Part shown: positions 5,553 to 15,393 of the stretch, piece by piece
How positions within the stretch are numbered: the stretch's first letter is position 1
Layout of the letters: each line of letters starts with the position of its first letter
Virus record (IMG/VR): IMGVR_UViG_3300045988_179859
Source: a virus
DNA: 64,000 nt
Direction: 5' to 3' (one strand)
Program-made: the position numbers and the translations under genes
The notes under the pieces: model-generated
What the model saw: only the letters and a program-made list of their open reading frames with translations
Database searches by the model: none
Told to the model about the DNA's origin: nothing

Positions 5553-7775
5553 TTATTCGTTCCAGATTTTATCGTTCAAGAAATCTTTCAACGTTGGTAA
5601 CGCTTTAGACGAACGCCAAATATCATATCGTTTTAATTGATCGTCTTTGAAATCTTTGCTCCATGATCCAATCATATAATTTGTAGGCGTTTTGTTCATA
5701 GACGGATCGCTTTCAACTTTTGTTTTAGAGCTCAATTGGAAATTCGCAAGCGAATTGTCCATATAGTTGAGTTCTGGGAATGTGACGGTCTTAATCGATG
5801 TTTTATCGAGTGGAATTTGATCGGCACTCAAACCAGAACCGATTTCTCTAACAGTGTCAGGTTTTGCGAAGTCTGATGTATCTTTTCCATCATTGAAGGC
5901 TTTCATAATAGCTACGAAGATGTCAGACCGTGTAGTTTGATCGGCGCTAATCCAATGGTCGGGCTCATTCGGTGAATCGTACCCTGTCCAGACACTAACG
6001 GCTGTATTCTTCGTACCACCACTCATCCACGAATCACTAGCTGATTGTTCAGGTCGAGGAACGCCGTCAGATTCATCATAAGCAACTGTACCTGTTTTGA
6101 CAAAGTAGCCTTTATATTCAGGAATTTTAGCGGATTTTGCGGAGCCGTCATCTTGAGGAACACCTTCAAGCATTTTCGCTAAGATGTACGCGGTTGATGC
6201 TTTCATTGCGCGTTTCTCATTCGGTTTGATCGTTTTAATGGATCCATCTGAAAACTCTAATTTATCGATATAATTAGGTTCGCGATAGATTCCGCCGTTA
6301 GCAATAGCACCGAAGCCTGCTGCGAAGTCAGCTGTTGACAAGTTCAATCCGAGAGCATCGGCACCGCCGTACGTTTCCTTGACATCCATATTGAGATTTT
6401 TCAAGAAGTTTTTAGCGAGATTCGATCCAGTAACTGTGTCGAGCATACGAATAGCCGGAGTATTAAGCGAAAGTCGTAAGGCTTTCTTCATATCAACAAC
6501 CCCGTACGTATATCCGCCGTAATTTTGTGCGACAATGTTCGTACCCGGATATTGGTACGGACTCGAATCCAATCTGTAATTAGATCCTAATTGTAGATAT
6601 TCGATACCCGGTGCATAATCGATAAACGGTTTAACGGTTGAACCGCTCGATCTGGTACGTTGCGTTGCACGGTTGTAACTGTACGGATTTTCTGATTTTT
6701 GATTTCGTGAACCAGACTGTGCGATAACAGCACCTGTTTGAGGGTTCGTTATCGTTACGGCGACTTGTTGTCCGTCGTTACGGTAGTATTTTGGATCGGA
6801 TACGATTGATTGAAGTTTTGAGTCTTCCGCTGAATCCATATTTGTGTAAATCTGAATCGGTGCCTTTTCAAGATCGTAACCGAGATCTTTTAATTGCTGA
6901 AGCGTCGATGTCACATAGGCGTTATGTTCAGAAACTTTAGAGAGTACTTCTTTATTGCGCCAATAACGTTCTTTTAAGCCATCAGTTACGTTGATCTTTT
7001 TAGCGGCTTCGTATTCTTTTTTTGTTAACAAATCATTCGAATAAGCCACGTAAAGAACAATGTTTTTTCTACGATTGGCTTCTTCAGGGTGATCGTAAGC
7101 GTTATATCCTGACGGGGCTTGTCCGAGCCCTGCGATATAGGCTAACCGAGCGATATTTTCCGGTGTTCGTTCAGACATTTGGTCTAACGATTTACCATAA
7201 TAGGTGATCGCTACAGTGTTTGCTCCGAATGACCCTTCACCCATAGCGATTTTGTTGACGTACCATTCAAGAATTTGTTTCTTATTCCAGTTTGTATCTA
7301 ACTGAAGTGCGAGCCAGAATTCTTTAATTTTACGTTCAACTGTTCTATCTTTAACATCACTAGAGAAGGCGACGTTCTTGATTAGCTGTTGTTCGATAGA
7401 AGAACCGCCACGACGTCCTCGTGAAAGAATAGCGTTTGCGAGACCTTTAATCGAAACACCTCGATCTTGGAAGAAGGTGTCGTCTTCTGTGTTTAACAGA
7501 AGTTTCACATACAAATCGGGCAATTTATCGTATTTGATGTAATTTCGACGGATGTCTGTTTGTGACCAAATAACATTGCCTTTTTTGTCGTACATGTTGG
7601 ATGTTGCTTCGCTACGGAGCATTTTTTCCGTAATGACAGGTGCTTTGTCGATAATGGTTTTCACCTTATAGGCTACAATAGGTGTGGCAATTAAGATTGT
7701 TACGCCTATTGTTATTGCGCTATATTTGAGAAACTTTTTTGCGAAAAAGCCTATTTTAGATAATACTGTTTTCAA
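5553..7775 (-). CDS. class A penicillin-binding protein (GT51 transglycosylase plus transpeptidase)
   Basis: N-terminal TM; GT51 motifs EDDTFFQDRG, GGSSIEQQLIKN and RKIKE; transpeptidase motifs STVK, SLN and KTGT. Confidence 0.9.
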   Translation of the reverse strand: MKTVLSKIGFFAKKFLKYSAITIGVTILIATPIVAYKVKTIIDKAPVITEKMLRSEATSNMYDKKGNVIWSQTDIRRNYIKYDKLPDLYVKLLLNTEDDTFFQDRGVSIKGLANAILSRGRRGGSSIEQQLIKNVAFSSDVKDRTVERKIKEFWLALQLDTNWNKKQILEWYVNKIAMGEGSFGANTVAITYYGKSLDQMSERTPENIARLAYIAGLGQAPSGYNAYDHPEEANRRKNIVLYVAYSNDLLTKKEYEAAKKINVTDGLKERYWRNKEVLSKVSEHNAYVTSTLQQLKDLGYDLEKAPIQIYTNMDSAEDSKLQSIVSDPKYYRNDGQQVAVTITNPQTGAVIAQSGSRNQKSENPYSYNRATQRTRSSGSTVKPFIDYAPGIEYLQLGSNYRLDSSPYQYPGTNIVAQNYGGYTYGVVDMKKALRLSLNTPAIRMLDTVTGSNLAKNFLKNLNMDVKETYGGADALGLNLSTADFAAGFGAIANGGIYREPNYIDKLEFSDGSIKTIKPNEKRAMKASTAYILAKMLEGVPQDDGSAKSAKIPEYKGYFVKTGTVAYDESDGVPRPEQSASDSWMSGGTKNTAVSVWTGYDSPNEPDHWISADQTTRSDIFVAIMKAFNDGKDTSDFAKPDTVREIGSGLSADQIPLDKTSIKTVTFPELNYMDNSLANFQLSSKTKVESDPSMNKTPTNYMIGSWSKDFKDDQLKRYDIWRSSKALPTLKDFLNDKIWNE

Positions 7776-7793
7776 ATCGTAATCACCTTCTTT

Positions 7794-9011
7794 CTATTGT
7801 GGAACGCCCGGTCTTGTGATAGACGGCGCGGTTGGTCTAACGTGTGTTTCACTAGATCGTGTTTCTGTTTCACGTGAAACACTCGATGACGGAGGTGTGT
7901 TTTCTGTAGATTCGCTCGATGACGGCGGTGTCGGTTGTACTTGTTTTTTAATATTAACCGTGACCGTCATTGTGGAACCTTTTACGATTTTCTCGTATTT
8001 ATTTTTAGCAGGAGTCTGTTCAAGAATCGTATCGTATGGTTTTGATGATACGTCTTTTTCGACAATCTTCAGAGTGATCTGATTTGCATCAGCCCATTGT
8101 TGAAGGTCTGATAATTTCTTATTAGTGAAGTCGGGCAAATCAATGATTAAACCTTTTAAGCGATCTTGTTCAGCTACGAATTGTTTTTCGAATTGTTCGA
8201 ATTCGGCTTTTGCTTCTTGATCGTTTAAGTAATTCTTATAGTTTTCAGTTGCGTGTTCGTTTGATTTGACAGCGCTTGAACTATTTTGAATAAGTGGTTT
8301 GATTTTATTTTCGATATAGTTCCATTTATAGTGTAATTTTGCAATCATTTGATTGAGATAATTTACGTGTTCTGAAACCATGTCTGTTTTTAATTTATAT
8401 TTATCTATTTGATAGTCTTTGTTGATTGCATCGAGAACAATTGCATATTGATTTGAATCAGATGCTAGTTGTTGGAGAGACGTGTAAATGTTTTCAGCGG
8501 CTTTGTGTCCGTCTTCTATGAGATACGGGTAAAGTACGTCGAAACTATTTTTAAGATAATCTTGAATCGACTTCAATGTTTCTTTTTCAGGGATGTGTCC
8601 GTCTTTTGTGAGAACGTTGAATTTATCAAGAACTTCGTATAGTTTGTTGATTTCATCGTAGTTTTTTAAAGACGCTTGATAACTCTTTGGGAGTTTTTTA
8701 TGGAGTGATCGCAATTCGTCCATGTTCGCCGACGACGGCGTTCCTTTAAAGTTGTGAGTATTGACATCCCATACGAGTGCTTCTTGCTTGTTATAGGCTT
8801 GAATGAGATCTTTTGTGTGATCATCAGCGGTTAATAATTCTGGCGTTAAATCAGCAAGAGGTGTCTTTGAAACACGTTTCCATGTTTTTGTCGTATCAAA
8901 ACGTTGGATAAGTGTATAAGCGATAACACCTGTTGTTGCAACACTTGCGGTTATCAACGCAAGACTACTAGCAAGAACGATTCGTTTTTTAATGTTCTTT
9001 CGTTTTTTCAC
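7794..9011 (-). CDS. membrane-anchored protein with C-terminal PASTA-like domain and a Pro/Ser/Thr-rich tail
   Basis: N-terminal TM; a PASTA-like beta3-alpha segment near the C terminus (…KPYDTILEQTPAKNKYEKIVKGSTMTVTVNIKK). Confidence 0.6.
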   Translation of the reverse strand: MKKRKNIKKRIVLASSLALITASVATTGVIAYTLIQRFDTTKTWKRVSKTPLADLTPELLTADDHTKDLIQAYNKQEALVWDVNTHNFKGTPSSANMDELRSLHKKLPKSYQASLKNYDEINKLYEVLDKFNVLTKDGHIPEKETLKSIQDYLKNSFDVLYPYLIEDGHKAAENIYTSLQQLASDSNQYAIVLDAINKDYQIDKYKLKTDMVSEHVNYLNQMIAKLHYKWNYIENKIKPLIQNSSSAVKSNEHATENYKNYLNDQEAKAEFEQFEKQFVAEQDRLKGLIIDLPDFTNKKLSDLQQWADANQITLKIVEKDVSSKPYDTILEQTPAKNKYEKIVKGSTMTVTVNIKKQVQPTPPSSSESTENTPPSSSVSRETETRSSETHVRPTAPSITRPGVPQ

Positions 9012-9115
9012 ATATGGAGTCCTTTCTGTTTAAGGTAAGGCTATTATATCATAAAAGTCTTTATTTGTCGTGTGTTTTGTGCAATTTGACGTAAAAAAAT
9101 AAGACCGTGCTGGTC

Positions 9116-9349
9116 TTATTTCTTGTAATGTTTGATAAGAGCGCGAACTTTATCTGGTTGGTTTCCGCTGAAATCACCGATTTCAGATTCAACGACAGGC
9201 GCTGCTTTCCAACCATGTTCTTTCAAGTATTCTTTATATTCGGGTTGTTCGTCAACGTTGATTTCTTGGAAATCGATGTTGTTTGTTGTCAATTGTTTCT
9301 TGACCATTTTACATTGGATGCAGTTGTTTTTTGAGTATATGGTAATCAT
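9116..9349 (-). CDS. nrdH: NrdH-like glutaredoxin
   Basis: 77 aa with an N-terminal CIQC redox motif. Confidence 0.85.
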   Translation of the reverse strand: MITIYSKNNCIQCKMVKKQLTTNNIDFQEINVDEQPEYKEYLKEHGWKAAPVVESEIGDFSGNQPDKVRALIKHYKK

Positions 9350-9406
9350 TTGAATTTCCTTTTCTAGTAATTTGTCAAAGTAATGCTTGACGGACAGACG
9401 TGTCCG

Positions 9407-9712
9407 CTAATAACGGAAGATGTTTTTAAAGAACAAGCTGAATTCGTTCAAGACCCACGGTACGTGTTGATCCCAAATGGCGGTTAATTGCGACCAAACA
9501 TGTTTTAACGGTTCGGTTTTAAACCATGCTTCTGGATCGTTGAGTAGAAGTGACATATCGCTAAAATAAGCGATAAGGAATACTCCAATCAGTGCGATCC
9601 CAACAATGCCAATGAGTGATTTTGTGGCTTTAAAGAGACGAATCGCTAAATATATTTGAAATAGAGATAGTCCGGTGATGCCCGACATATAAAGTAACCA
9701 TGAGAGAATCAT
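9407..9712 (-). CDS. small membrane protein (3 TM)
   Basis: hydrophobic 101-aa ORF. Confidence 0.45.
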   Translation of the reverse strand: MILSWLLYMSGITGLSLFQIYLAIRLFKATKSLIGIVGIALIGVFLIAYFSDMSLLLNDPEAWFKTEPLKHVWSQLTAIWDQHVPWVLNEFSLFFKNIFRY

Positions 9713-9855
9713 GTGTTGCCACCTTTCGATTGATATTTTCTATTATAGCACAATTCAAAAGAAAAAGAAACCACTCGCGAATGCGAATGGCTCTTTTTAG
9801 ATTTATTTTCGATTCAGAGGACGATAACTTTCTTAACAGTATCGCTTATAGGGTT

Positions 9856-10131
9856 TTATTTTACAACTTCTTTAAGTGCTTTACCAGCTTTGAATCCTGG
9901 AACTTTTGATGCAGGAATTACAAGTTCAGCACCTGTTTGAGGGTTACGCCCTTTACGTTCTGCACGTTCGCGAACATCGAAGCTACCAAATCCGATGATT
10001 TGTACTTTTTCACCGTTTGCAAGTGATTCAGAGATTGTATCAAAAACAGTGTTTACGACAAGAGCTGCTTGTTTCTTGCTCAATTCTGCTGTTTCAGCTA
10101 CTTTAGCGATCAAATCTTGTTTGTTTGCCAT
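9856..10131 (-). CDS. hup: HU-family DNA-binding protein
   Basis: 91 aa with the HU signature …RNPQTGAE…; close to Lactococcus/Streptococcus HU. Confidence 0.9.
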   Translation of the reverse strand: MANKQDLIAKVAETAELSKKQAALVVNTVFDTISESLANGEKVQIIGFGSFDVRERAERKGRNPQTGAELVIPASKVPGFKAGKALKEVVK

Positions 10132-10260
10132 GTTATTATGTACTTCTCGACATTGAAGTCGAGCCTTTCTGTTATAAATGTTGTTATTTCAAGGTTTTTC
10201 TCAACCTTATGTGTCTATTATAGCACATCGTTTTTTAATGTCAAATAAAAAGTGCGATTT

Positions 10261-10608
10261 CTAAGCCTTTTTCGAATTTTTTTCAAGAATCGCGTCTGCG
10301 AGTGCGCTATTTTCGGCACTTTCAGGCTCTTCGTCAGCGATTTCGTCTAACCATTCTTTAAAGTGTGGATTGAGAACACCTTCGAAGTCGGCTTCTTTTA
10401 AGTATTTTCGGTAGAGCTTGTCTAAGACTTTTTGATCGTACACGTGATATTCCGCGACCATGAGCGCTTGCACGAAGCTCTTGATCGAATCTTCTTGCAA
10501 GTCAATCATGAACTTCGCACTGTCACGAGTTTCTTTACGTTTCACGGTTGCGAGTTTTTCTTCATAGTATTTCTCGCGCTCAGCTTTCGTTTGATACATG
10601 ACAGTCAC
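10261..10608 (-). CDS. hypothetical protein
   Basis: 115-aa ORF translationally coupled (ATGA overlap) to the kinase gene. Confidence 0.5.
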   Translation of the reverse strand: MTVMYQTKAEREKYYEEKLATVKRKETRDSAKFMIDLQEDSIKSFVQALMVAEYHVYDQKVLDKLYRKYLKEADFEGVLNPHFKEWLDEIADEEPESAENSALADAILEKNSKKA

Positions 10609-11252
10609 CCCGCAAGAATCCGTGCGACCATTTCATCGTCCGACAGGTCTGCCGTGATGATAATATCTGTATCATATTTTGGAATGTCGTCCAAAGCTGT
10701 TTCTGATACGTGTTCTTCGGCTTCAATTGACGGAACGAATCCGTCACGAGCTTCTAAACGTGCATGGCGAGTTTTTCTGTCAATATTCATATGAACGAGA
10801 ACTGCGCCGTGTTCGTGACAGGCTTCGTATTCGTTCGGGAACCGAACATCGGTAATGATGACCGTGTACGATTGTCTCGTAAGCGAAGCAACTTTATCGA
10901 AAGTCTTGCGAATGAAATATAACGGATCACTCGCACGACGAACGTCACCGTAAAACTGGAATAACTTACGAATTTCCGGTGTCTTTTTATATGCGGAAAC
11001 ATTTGTTAAGTTTTGCGGCAAGATTTCATTGAAAATGGAATCTATGACGTGTTTCGGTAAATCAAACTCGGCACTCAACTCGAGCAAGTCTTTACCTGAT
11101 CGTTTGTGTTTAATTAAACTGTCAATTTCTTCTTTTAAAGCGTCCGCAAAAGAGACGCATTTGACAGGTCCTTCTAAATGGGTAATCAGGAGTCGGGCTA
11201 GATAATCCTTGCCCGATCCCATTTTACCGTAAAGTCCATAGATTTTCGGCAT
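10605..11252 (-). CDS. P-loop kinase, dNMP-kinase-like
   Basis: N-terminal Walker A YGKMGSGKDY; resembles T4 gp1 dNMP kinase and the CoaE family. Confidence 0.65.
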   Translation of the reverse strand: MPKIYGLYGKMGSGKDYLARLLITHLEGPVKCVSFADALKEEIDSLIKHKRSGKDLLELSAEFDLPKHVIDSIFNEILPQNLTNVSAYKKTPEIRKLFQFYGDVRRASDPLYFIRKTFDKVASLTRQSYTVIITDVRFPNEYEACHEHGAVLVHMNIDRKTRHARLEARDGFVPSIEAEEHVSETALDDIPKYDTDIIITADLSDDEMVARILAG

Positions 11253-11263
11253 AATAGTCCTTT

Positions 11264-12919
11264 CTAGTTAGTCGGTGTAGTTTTTACGAAACCACGCACC
11301 GATGCAATGGCACTTCGATCGAAAGTTCGTTTAAGTTTTTCGTCTGCGCCCTTATAGGATGGATCCATAAAGTCTTTGATGTTGTATTTCGTAATTAAGG
11401 GTTCGTCTGCGTCCATCTGATTCGTAATTCGCACACGATCTGTTCGTTGAGATTTGTCTTCTAAGAGACCTGTTTCTTTACCCCAATCGCGAGTGTATTG
11501 TAAGAATTGATTACGACTGTATGTGATACTGTTCGCATTAAATTCCCGCATCCATTCTTTATAGACGGGATAAATAAGTTTAGTTGGAAGAACCGTCCAT
11601 TGAAATACGTCATACATATCGTCCCAGAATTCGAATACGTTGTTGTTTTCTGATTTATATTCAGTTAATAACGATTTTGTCGCTTGAGGAACGATAAAGG
11701 TGTCGAATTGATCCATCTCTAACGCTTTTGATAAAACGTATTCTTTAACAATGGGATCACAAATAAATTGACTTTTAATGTATTTCTTTTCGATACCCTC
11801 GAAAGTGTGATCGAACGGAACCATGACGAGACGACGATAAAAGGAATTCGTTTTATCTCGAAACTTGGGCATACCGTTGATCATTTGAATTGTTACGTGT
11901 TTGACGACAGCCGGATAAGAGTCTTTGTGTTTAGGTTCGATTGAGATATCATCACCTGTGACGGCTGCTTTAAAATCGTCAACGTTATCGATATAAACGC
12001 CAACAGGGTTTTCGTCTGCGATATTTACGACTTTACCAATAAGGTTTCGTTTTTCGAAACGTTTGCTGTAATCGTGAATTTTGAGAGACGAATAGTTTCC
12101 TTGTCCAACAATATTTTTGATGAGTTGTCCATAAGTACCTTTACCGTTGTTTCCTTCGCGTGATACAAACAGGATTGCCTTATTATAAGAATGTCCTGGG
12201 TTGAATGATGCGGCAAGAACTTGCCAGAGCAGTAGTTCTTTTTCTGGATCATGATCTGCGAGTTCACGAATCCATTCATCAACTGTCCAGTCAGAGCCAT
12301 CTGGTTCTTTTAAGACAGGCGTTGTTGTGACTGGTTTATAGTCAGTCTGGATTTTAGAAGTCGCGACAAAGTCAGGTCGAAACGGTTCTAAGGTTTTGGT
12401 TTCTTTATTGAAAATACCGTTATTGACGACAACGTGTGCAGAATCAAGTGATTCGTAAACGACAGGTGCCATCATGGTTACATACGAGAGAATGTTTTTA
12501 CGCATGTTCATTGATAGTGGTTGTTGCAATAGAGAAACGTGAAGTTCGATGAATTCATCACATTCTTCATATAAGCCTAAATTTTTACTATTTGGATCCG
12601 GATTGAACATATAGAGGTTCGTGTCCGTTTTTGAAGATAGCGCAGAGTAGGCAATACGGACGATCGGCAACGTAAATGTCAAAACAAGAGCTAATTCAAA
12701 GTCGGTTAATTTTGCCGGTTCTTTTGAATTGTTCATTGTTGCTAACATTTGTTTGTGAGCTAGGACACCTTTATAAGTATTTCGTAACTCTACGTCGATG
12801 TCGTTCATCGTAGTAATATTGAAGGTACGACTGTTATTGTTTAGATAATCTAGAATATCAGCTAACGTTGGATCTTCTGTCGTCAAACGGATTGGATTTG
12901 TTGATAGTTGCATTACCAA
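11264..12919 (-). CDS. phage/plasmid primase-helicase (P4/D5-family SF3 NTPase)
   Basis: Walker A VSREGNNGKGT, typical of the primase C-terminal/D5 helicase domain. Confidence 0.8.
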   Translation of the reverse strand: MVMQLSTNPIRLTTEDPTLADILDYLNNNSRTFNITTMNDIDVELRNTYKGVLAHKQMLATMNNSKEPAKLTDFELALVLTFTLPIVRIAYSALSSKTDTNLYMFNPDPNSKNLGLYEECDEFIELHVSLLQQPLSMNMRKNILSYVTMMAPVVYESLDSAHVVVNNGIFNKETKTLEPFRPDFVATSKIQTDYKPVTTTPVLKEPDGSDWTVDEWIRELADHDPEKELLLWQVLAASFNPGHSYNKAILFVSREGNNGKGTYGQLIKNIVGQGNYSSLKIHDYSKRFEKRNLIGKVVNIADENPVGVYIDNVDDFKAAVTGDDISIEPKHKDSYPAVVKHVTIQMINGMPKFRDKTNSFYRRLVMVPFDHTFEGIEKKYIKSQFICDPIVKEYVLSKALEMDQFDTFIVPQATKSLLTEYKSENNNVFEFWDDMYDVFQWTVLPTKLIYPVYKEWMREFNANSITYSRNQFLQYTRDWGKETGLLEDKSQRTDRVRITNQMDADEPLITKYNIKDFMDPSYKGADEKLKRTFDRSAIASVRGFVKTTPTN

Positions 12920-12946
12920 TACCTTGACGTTGATACGCCAGCCTTT

Positions 12947-13756
12947 CTATTCAGAGTCATTTTCATTTAATAAAGTAAGAATACTGTTTGCAATGACAGA
13001 TGCTTCGATGTCACCACTTTGACTAAAATCGTGAACAGCTTGAATTAAACGTTCACGTTCATCGCCATTATTTGGAAGCGTTTCGGCTTCAGGCATAAGT
13101 GTGATTGTGACGCCGTGCTGTTCACATAATTGTGAAATGATTTCGTATTCCGGTTTTGAAAATTGATTCGTGAATATAAGAACGAGTTCGTCAACTAAAT
13201 CCGCTTGAATTAAATGACAGAGACGCGTAAATTGTTCACTCTTAAAGGAATGAAGTGGTTCGTTGTTAATTAAGGTTTCGGTTACAACCTTTTTACCGAG
13301 ACGTCGTTCTAACAGGTAACGCGACAATTTAATAAAACCATTCGTAATAGGTATCGGAATTGGTTTGTTAATGATTTGTCCGTTTTCATCAAATTCGCGC
13401 ACGACCGATTGAATGTAAGCGACAATTCGGTGAATTTCCGCCTTACGACCTTTACGTCGACGCATACGATTGAATTCGCTAATTTGACTTAGAGTATATT
13501 TTCGCCAACCGTTTTCCGTGACAGTGCGAGGTGCGAAGTCACCTTCTTTTTCATAACGTTTCAAGGTTTGGATCGAAACCCCTACGAGGTCACCGAATTC
13601 TTTCGGCGATAATAACATTTCTTTTGTTTCTTCCATAGATTTTGAAGCCTGCTTTCTATTTTGTTTGGTAAGATGAGTATAGCAAAAAATTGAAATTTTG
13701 TCAATAGATTGGGGGGTAAAAACACGCAAATTAATTCTGATATTAATTTGATTCAT
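12947..13756 (-). CDS. excisionase/MerR-like HTH protein, possible replication regulator or initiator
   Basis: N-terminal HTH (LLSPKEFGDLVGVSIQTLKRYEKEG); no serine-recombinase YxRVSS motif. Confidence 0.55.
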   Translation of the reverse strand: MNQINIRINLRVFTPQSIDKISIFCYTHLTKQNRKQASKSMEETKEMLLSPKEFGDLVGVSIQTLKRYEKEGDFAPRTVTENGWRKYTLSQISEFNRMRRRKGRKAEIHRIVAYIQSVVREFDENGQIINKPIPIPITNGFIKLSRYLLERRLGKKVVTETLINNEPLHSFKSEQFTRLCHLIQADLVDELVLIFTNQFSKPEYEIISQLCEQHGVTITLMPEAETLPNNGDERERLIQAVHDFSQSGDIEASVIANSILTLLNENDSE

Positions 13757-13799
13757 AGATGTGACTCAATCTATATCAAATTATACACACCCTAATTTT

Positions 13800-13826
13800 C
13801 TTAATTAGAATGATTCTAATTAAGAC
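13800..13826. promoter_or_regulatory. 27-bp perfect palindrome tcttaattagaa-tga-ttctaattaaga (candidate operator)
   Basis: 12-bp arms; lies between the HTH gene start and the iterons. Confidence 0.5.
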
Positions 13827-13843
13827 GTTTTCGGGCAAATTCT

Positions 13844-14131
13844 GTTCCATTTTGTACCACTTTTTTGAATTTTGTGGAACGCTCGAAACGCAACTGGCAG
13901 TAGGTGTTTCGTTACACCCAAAAACACGTTCCACCTACGAGGGGGTCAAACTTTTTATTTATATTTTTTAATTTTTTGTATATTTTGTATATTACTCTTT
14001 TTAAATATATTATATATACACATAAAAAGTGGAACAAGTGGAATAAATCTCGATAGCTCTCACCACGTAAGGGTTTCGGATGTTCCACTTTTTAAAAAAT
14101 CAGTGGAACGCATGTGGAACAAGTGGAACAA
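13844..14131. repeat. candidate replication origin: 9 GTGGAAC/GTTCCAC iterons flanking an AT-rich unwinding element (13950-14025)
   Basis: copies at 13845, 13875, 13928, 14030, 14039, 14083, 14105, 14115 and 14125; three copies phased 10 bp apart. Confidence 0.6.
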
Positions 14132-14145
14132 AAAGATGTTTCAAA

Positions 14146-14409
14146 TTATTTGATTTTCAAAATATGTTTCACATCAATATTTGTTGCGTACTTTTTATTT
14201 TTCGCTGGTTCGTATGACACCTCTACGAGGTCGCCGTGTTTGAGTGTGTAAATAAAGTTCAACAAAGTTTCTTTGTCTTTTGGAATATACATCGAAGCAT
14301 TACAAAAATCGTTCGAGTTTACTCGATGCAAGCGAAGCGATAAGGAGTAGTCTTCTTTTTTATTTTTAATAATACGATTGACACGTACAATTTTAAATGT
14401 ATTTTTCAA
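14146..14409 (-). CDS. hypothetical protein (87 aa)
   Basis: ORF only. Confidence 0.4.
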   Translation of the reverse strand: MKNTFKIVRVNRIIKNKKEDYSLSLRLHRVNSNDFCNASMYIPKDKETLLNFIYTLKHGDLVEVSYEPAKNKKYATNIDVKHILKIK

Positions 14410-14421
14410 AACACTACCTCC

Positions 14422-15114
14422 TTATCGAATGAGAAAGATTCGAACGAGTAGGTTCAAAATAGTAGCAAGTCCAACGATGAGCGCCAGAGTTTCTAATCGT
14501 TTCATCCATTTATAGCGTCGAGTACCCGATTCGCCCGCGAGACGCATTAGGAAGTTTCTCGTATCGTGAGAACTCGGTCGCGAGGATTCTGTTTCTTTTT
14601 TTGTTGTGATGAATTTCGGCACGATTTTCTTTACTTGATTTTGCTTATCGCGTTTTTTAAGTTTTTCGTAAATTGGATCGTAAATCTTTTCTGCGGAGTT
14701 GGGGTCGATCGGATCACCATAAGTATCAAAGGCGAAGTATTTTTGTTTGTATACTTGAGCCGTCATATCAGGCAGTTCGTCTTTTGATCTGTCGATATTT
14801 ACAACGTTTGAATAAAATTGATGTTTGTCGGTGATGTTGTACACAGTTCCAACATCAAAAGTCATATCTGATACAATGGTGTCGGGTTGCGTTGCAGTAA
14901 TGATAGAATATTCGCCAACGTATGCTTCTTTAAAGAGAATAACGTTTTGGCTAATCCATGAGGTATCGGGTAACGAATCAATAGATTCGACCCAACCGCC
15001 AACTTGTCCGTCGAGAACCATATCTACTAAGTTAGACGGAATAGGTCCTTCTTGTACGATTTGTGTGACAGTTCTCCCGTCAACAATTCTTTTATTGTTT
15101 GTAAGTTTAATCAT
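14422..15114 (-). CDS. hypothetical protein with C-terminal TM (230 aa)
   Basis: ORF, hydrophobic C terminus. Confidence 0.5.
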   Translation of the reverse strand: MIKLTNNKRIVDGRTVTQIVQEGPIPSNLVDMVLDGQVGGWVESIDSLPDTSWISQNVILFKEAYVGEYSIITATQPDTIVSDMTFDVGTVYNITDKHQFYSNVVNIDRSKDELPDMTAQVYKQKYFAFDTYGDPIDPNSAEKIYDPIYEKLKKRDKQNQVKKIVPKFITTKKETESSRPSSHDTRNFLMRLAGESGTRRYKWMKRLETLALIVGLATILNLLVRIFLIR

Positions 15115-15342
15115 AATTTTTTACACTTCTTTCTGGATGTTATGTAATCACATCAGAAAACGACCGTGAGAAAATCACGGTCTGTAGTGAATTAACTTGG
15201 TCGTTCTGTAATTAATTATTGACTGATCTTTTATGCTATGCTATAATTATTCTATTAGAAGTCATCGAAGGTGCTATTCGTACAACTAGGTGGCCTTTTT
15301 TTGTAGCCGAATTGTCCTTAAATTTTGCACCTTTTCGATTTT

Positions 15343-15354
15343 TGTGATATAATA
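15343..15354 (+). promoter_or_regulatory. element consensus extended -10 TGTGATATAATA
   Basis: 40 nt upstream of CDS 15394. Confidence 0.5.
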
Positions 15355-15393
15355 AGGCTATCTAAAAATTAGTCACGAAAGGACTCTTATAAA

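Noticed and set aside
12947-13756. Possible IS607-like serine recombinase (MerR-type HTH plus catalytic domain)
   Set aside because: The N-terminal HTH fits, but there is no YxRVSS-type catalytic serine motif downstream. Only an HTH regulator is supported.
13872-14153. 93-aa + strand ORF across the iteron region
   Set aside because: It lies on the GTGGAAC iterons and the AT-rich unwinding element. Its amino-acid composition is driven by the repeats. A non-coding origin is the better explanation.
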